Source: Phoronis australis (lineage: Eukaryota; Animalia; Phoronida). From it: a stretch of DNA of 64,000 bases. The notes below the pieces were generated by a model. It made no database searches. It was given only the letters and a program-made list of their open reading frames with translations, and was not told the origin of the DNA. Every line of letters begins with the position of its first letter. Position 1 is the first letter of the stretch. The stretch lies in NCBI GenBank assembly GCA_002633005.1, contig NMRA01000219.1, positions 353,251 through 417,250 on the forward strand, given 5' to 3'. Below, in pieces: positions 60,846 through 64,000 of the stretch. The position numbers were made by a program, and so were the translations under genes.

Positions 60846-62365
60846 TGATATTGTGAAATAAAACACTGGTAGCATTCACTGAAATAAATATATGATTTAT
60901 TGTGGAATAGAAAATCAACGCGCGCAATTATTTCCACCACCCATGTTTTAGTTGAATACTGATGTATCTAGCCTTGGTATAAAACTAAAAATGGATTGAT
61001 TCATGTCATTCACGTAAACGGCTGTAACAGGCAAGTGAGTGTCGTATGACACAGATTTTACTCTTAGTTGCACCTCGTTCAGGTTTGCATCATGACAAGG
61101 TCGACGAGCAGAGCGACCCCAGGCGGTGTGTGATTTCAAGTACTTTTGTGCGAAGCTGTCCGGGTGCTTCGCCCTCATCTATCTTCTCTAGCTGTATTTT
61201 GACGATAGTCTTAATGCAGCTACCTGGCTGACTAGGGTGCCTCCCAAAATGGTCATAGATGTTGGCTGACCACTATTCCGTAATACAAGTAAGCATTCCT
61301 ACACCAATCCTTTGAGACCATCCTACGTCGCAAAGTAGACTATTGTCTATGTGACCATAGATTATAGACAACACATGTACTATAGTCTATGATGTGACCT
61401 ATGGTCGCGATAGATCTATGAACGAACGACAAGGTGGTTAAGACACACAACCGATCTCTCTGAATAGTTCACATACGATTAATTAAAAATAAATCATTGT
61501 TAAACAGAAACAAAGCGTAGTTGGAGATAGTTTTTTTTCAGTTCAGAAACTCATTGGCCCGCAATTTCAATGGTTTGAATTCACAGTAAACTAAATTGCC
61601 ACACGCCAAACAATTCCACCAAATGGCTTAAGATTTATTTCCCTAGCATTAGACCAATCATAACAACAGAGGCAACAGCTAACTATACGAAACGCTTTTA
61701 TCTATGGTTACAGCTTCCATCACGGGACATGGAATGCATGCATTGATTATTACTTACCCAAAGGGTGTAAAACCGAGCTGAAAATACTTTCTGAAAACAT
61801 GCACAACGTGCTTATGTTGGAACGAGAAAATCAGACACGCGCAGATATTCGTGTTAGGCTGTTAGCCCATTTCCCGCCAAAGAGACGGGCCACGACCCTT
61901 ATGCGGGCGTACCTATATGTGGGAAATAGGCGAGTGAAGTATGTGGTGGTCAAACTTACAACAAACCCGCCATATCAATCTTGCTGTAAGCTTTCGACGC
62001 CATCAAACGTTCCACAGGGTAAAACATATGGTGGTCTTATGCAACTAAAATTTGAATTACAGAAAAGCTAGGACAACGGGTGCAGACGTTTTCTTGATAA
62101 GAAGACCTCATTGGAGTACACGCGACAGTGTGTGTTATTCGGCACTTATTTTTCTACAGCAAATAAGTAAATTAAAACGTGTAAATCAAAAATTTCCTGA
62201 ACTTATCGGTCAACGATTTTTTATTACAGCCATCCCTGTTAAATAATTATTAATCGAGCACGTCCAGTTTCAGAATATTTCGTTCCTGTTTATTTCACGG
62301 GACATGCAATAAAGGTGATAAACTCACGTCTTCTCTCAAAAGCAATTGTTAATTTGACCACTTAC

Positions 62366-62410
62366 CTTTTCAGCGCACACATATTGTTTCTTACTCAAAT
62401 TATAAATGAC
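62366..62410 (-). other. Candidate 5' UTR exon of the GGCX-like gene
   Basis: CCTGCAG acceptor and strong AAAG|GTAAGT donor on minus; a second strong donor AAAG|GTAAGA after 63520 may end a first exon. Confidence 0.35.
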
Positions 62411-64000
62411 CTGCAGGCTTGAGAATAATTGACAGATAGTTAGTTACTACTTCAAATTAGGTCCGTTAAGTTGCTTGCAAAGATTCAGTCGACAGGGCAG
62501 TAAAATGTACATTCGTCAAGGTAATTCTAGCAGAATTAGAATTTCATAAAAATGCGACAACGCTGCTTACTGGTGCAGCTTACAACAGTGATTAACAAAA
62601 ACATTGATTGCGATCATAACACAGTTTGGAAATCTTTCTGCCGTGAAAGTCTTAGCAGAAGTTCTAACACGACAAATCAGATTTTGACAAGTTGCTCGTT
62701 TGTATATTTCGGTAAATTGATGAACAAACACAGTTCCTGTTAAAAAATCTTCGTTTCTTTGAAAGCTGGATCCCCACAAATTTGGGGTATGGTTTTAAGT
62801 CAGGTAGAACGACAATTTCGCCATTTAGATTAACTGTTTTTGAAAACTGAAATTACCATATCACGAAAAGTCGGCACCTTTAATTTTGTATAAGACTTTC
62901 AAATATGTATTTGAAAACTGGAAGGGATGTGAAAACACGAAACTTTGTTAAACGTTGTCCATACCCGAAGCAAAATTCCTGAGGCGTTAAAAAGGATACC
63001 AAACTCTGTTTTGATGATTTCAACCAATCTACGTTCCGTCATCTGCTACTGCATCATTGGTGTTTACGTTACAAGTTAAAGACACTGGCAGGAATCAACT
63101 AAAAACTCAATACTCGCTATGTCTCAGATTGGACAATACGATGGTCCTTGGGGGGTGGTCTTTTACCACAGTTGCGGCCATGTAATACGCTAAAAGCGTA
63201 AGTCACGCTTGCTTTTGAAGCAGATTTTGAAAGTTTTCATCCAAATCTTTGGGATATGTTGATAGAGCGTTATTTTGTTTCAGAGAACTGGATGGGAAAG
63301 TCATTTTTGTATATGATAATAAGCCAAAACCGGGTTTGGCATCCTTTTAAATGAAAGATTCCAAGCTCAGGTGAAAAAACAAACATACTTGTATAGATTG
63401 CAAGTCACGTCTTTGCCCTCAACACCCATCGCAAATAATAAAGAATGAGAAGTCAAAACGAAGTGTCATGTACTCAAGTATTGGACGCTTTTACCAGAAA
63501 CTTGCGAATAACGTCTTACCTTTGCCGAATTGAAATGCTTTGCCGAAAATAGCGAAATAGAAAACACGTTCTTATACATGAGAACATCTATAGTTAATCA
63601 AAACATTGCATGAAAGACAAGAAAACGTTCTATAAGGCAGTGTCCACGAAAAAAACACAACAAAAAGGCGGGTAATCAAAACTGGTCGAGTTTACTGGTA
63701 TGAAGCATAATCTATAATTTCATCAACCTCGGATAAGTGAACAGAATAAAAAATTCGAACTTCACTTCTTAAAAAAAAATACAAATAATATAATTCTCGG
63801 ATAAACACTTGAAGAAGTTACACAGCACAAAAACCGATTTTGACGTCATGTTCCCCGAAAATTTCATGACGAGTAAAAAGCAGAAGTACAAACTTCTATA
63901 TAACGCCATGGTTGGAGTTCGTTGGAAAAAAACACGACCGATCTTGTTTTTACAAGTTGAACGCTATTGGAGTAGGCCTATGTTGAATAAACCGGTTGAG

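Overview
Intron-rich, AT-rich animal (invertebrate, probably lophotrochozoan; inferred) genomic DNA. Most entries in the ORF track are spurious or are exon fragments. Two spliced genes could be assembled by hand, and they converge tail-to-tail. (1) Minus strand 60845->45301: a complete 15-coding-exon, about 744-aa vitamin K-dependent gamma-glutamyl carboxylase (GGCX) homolog. It keeps the catalytic core (WNNH, AGLKK, FHxMN, YGYSWDMM, the Cys pair) but several normally invariant motifs are remodelled, suggesting a divergent paralog. (2) Plus strand about 25329->38829: a BCMA/TACI/Grindelwald-type TNF-receptor-like single-pass protein with no evident signal peptide. A recent 1.2-kb intragenic tandem duplication recruits a latent GTAAGT donor and yields an in-frame two-CRD ectodomain; the tail carries TRAF-type (STEE) and DSGxxS motifs. 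The first about 25 kb and the introns are mostly transposon debris: Helentron-type non-autonomous repeats, MITEs, LINE 3' ends, a Gypsy gag fragment nested in a decayed C76-like peptidase domain, and minisatellites. All alignments were done by eye against remembered family sequences; no searches were run.
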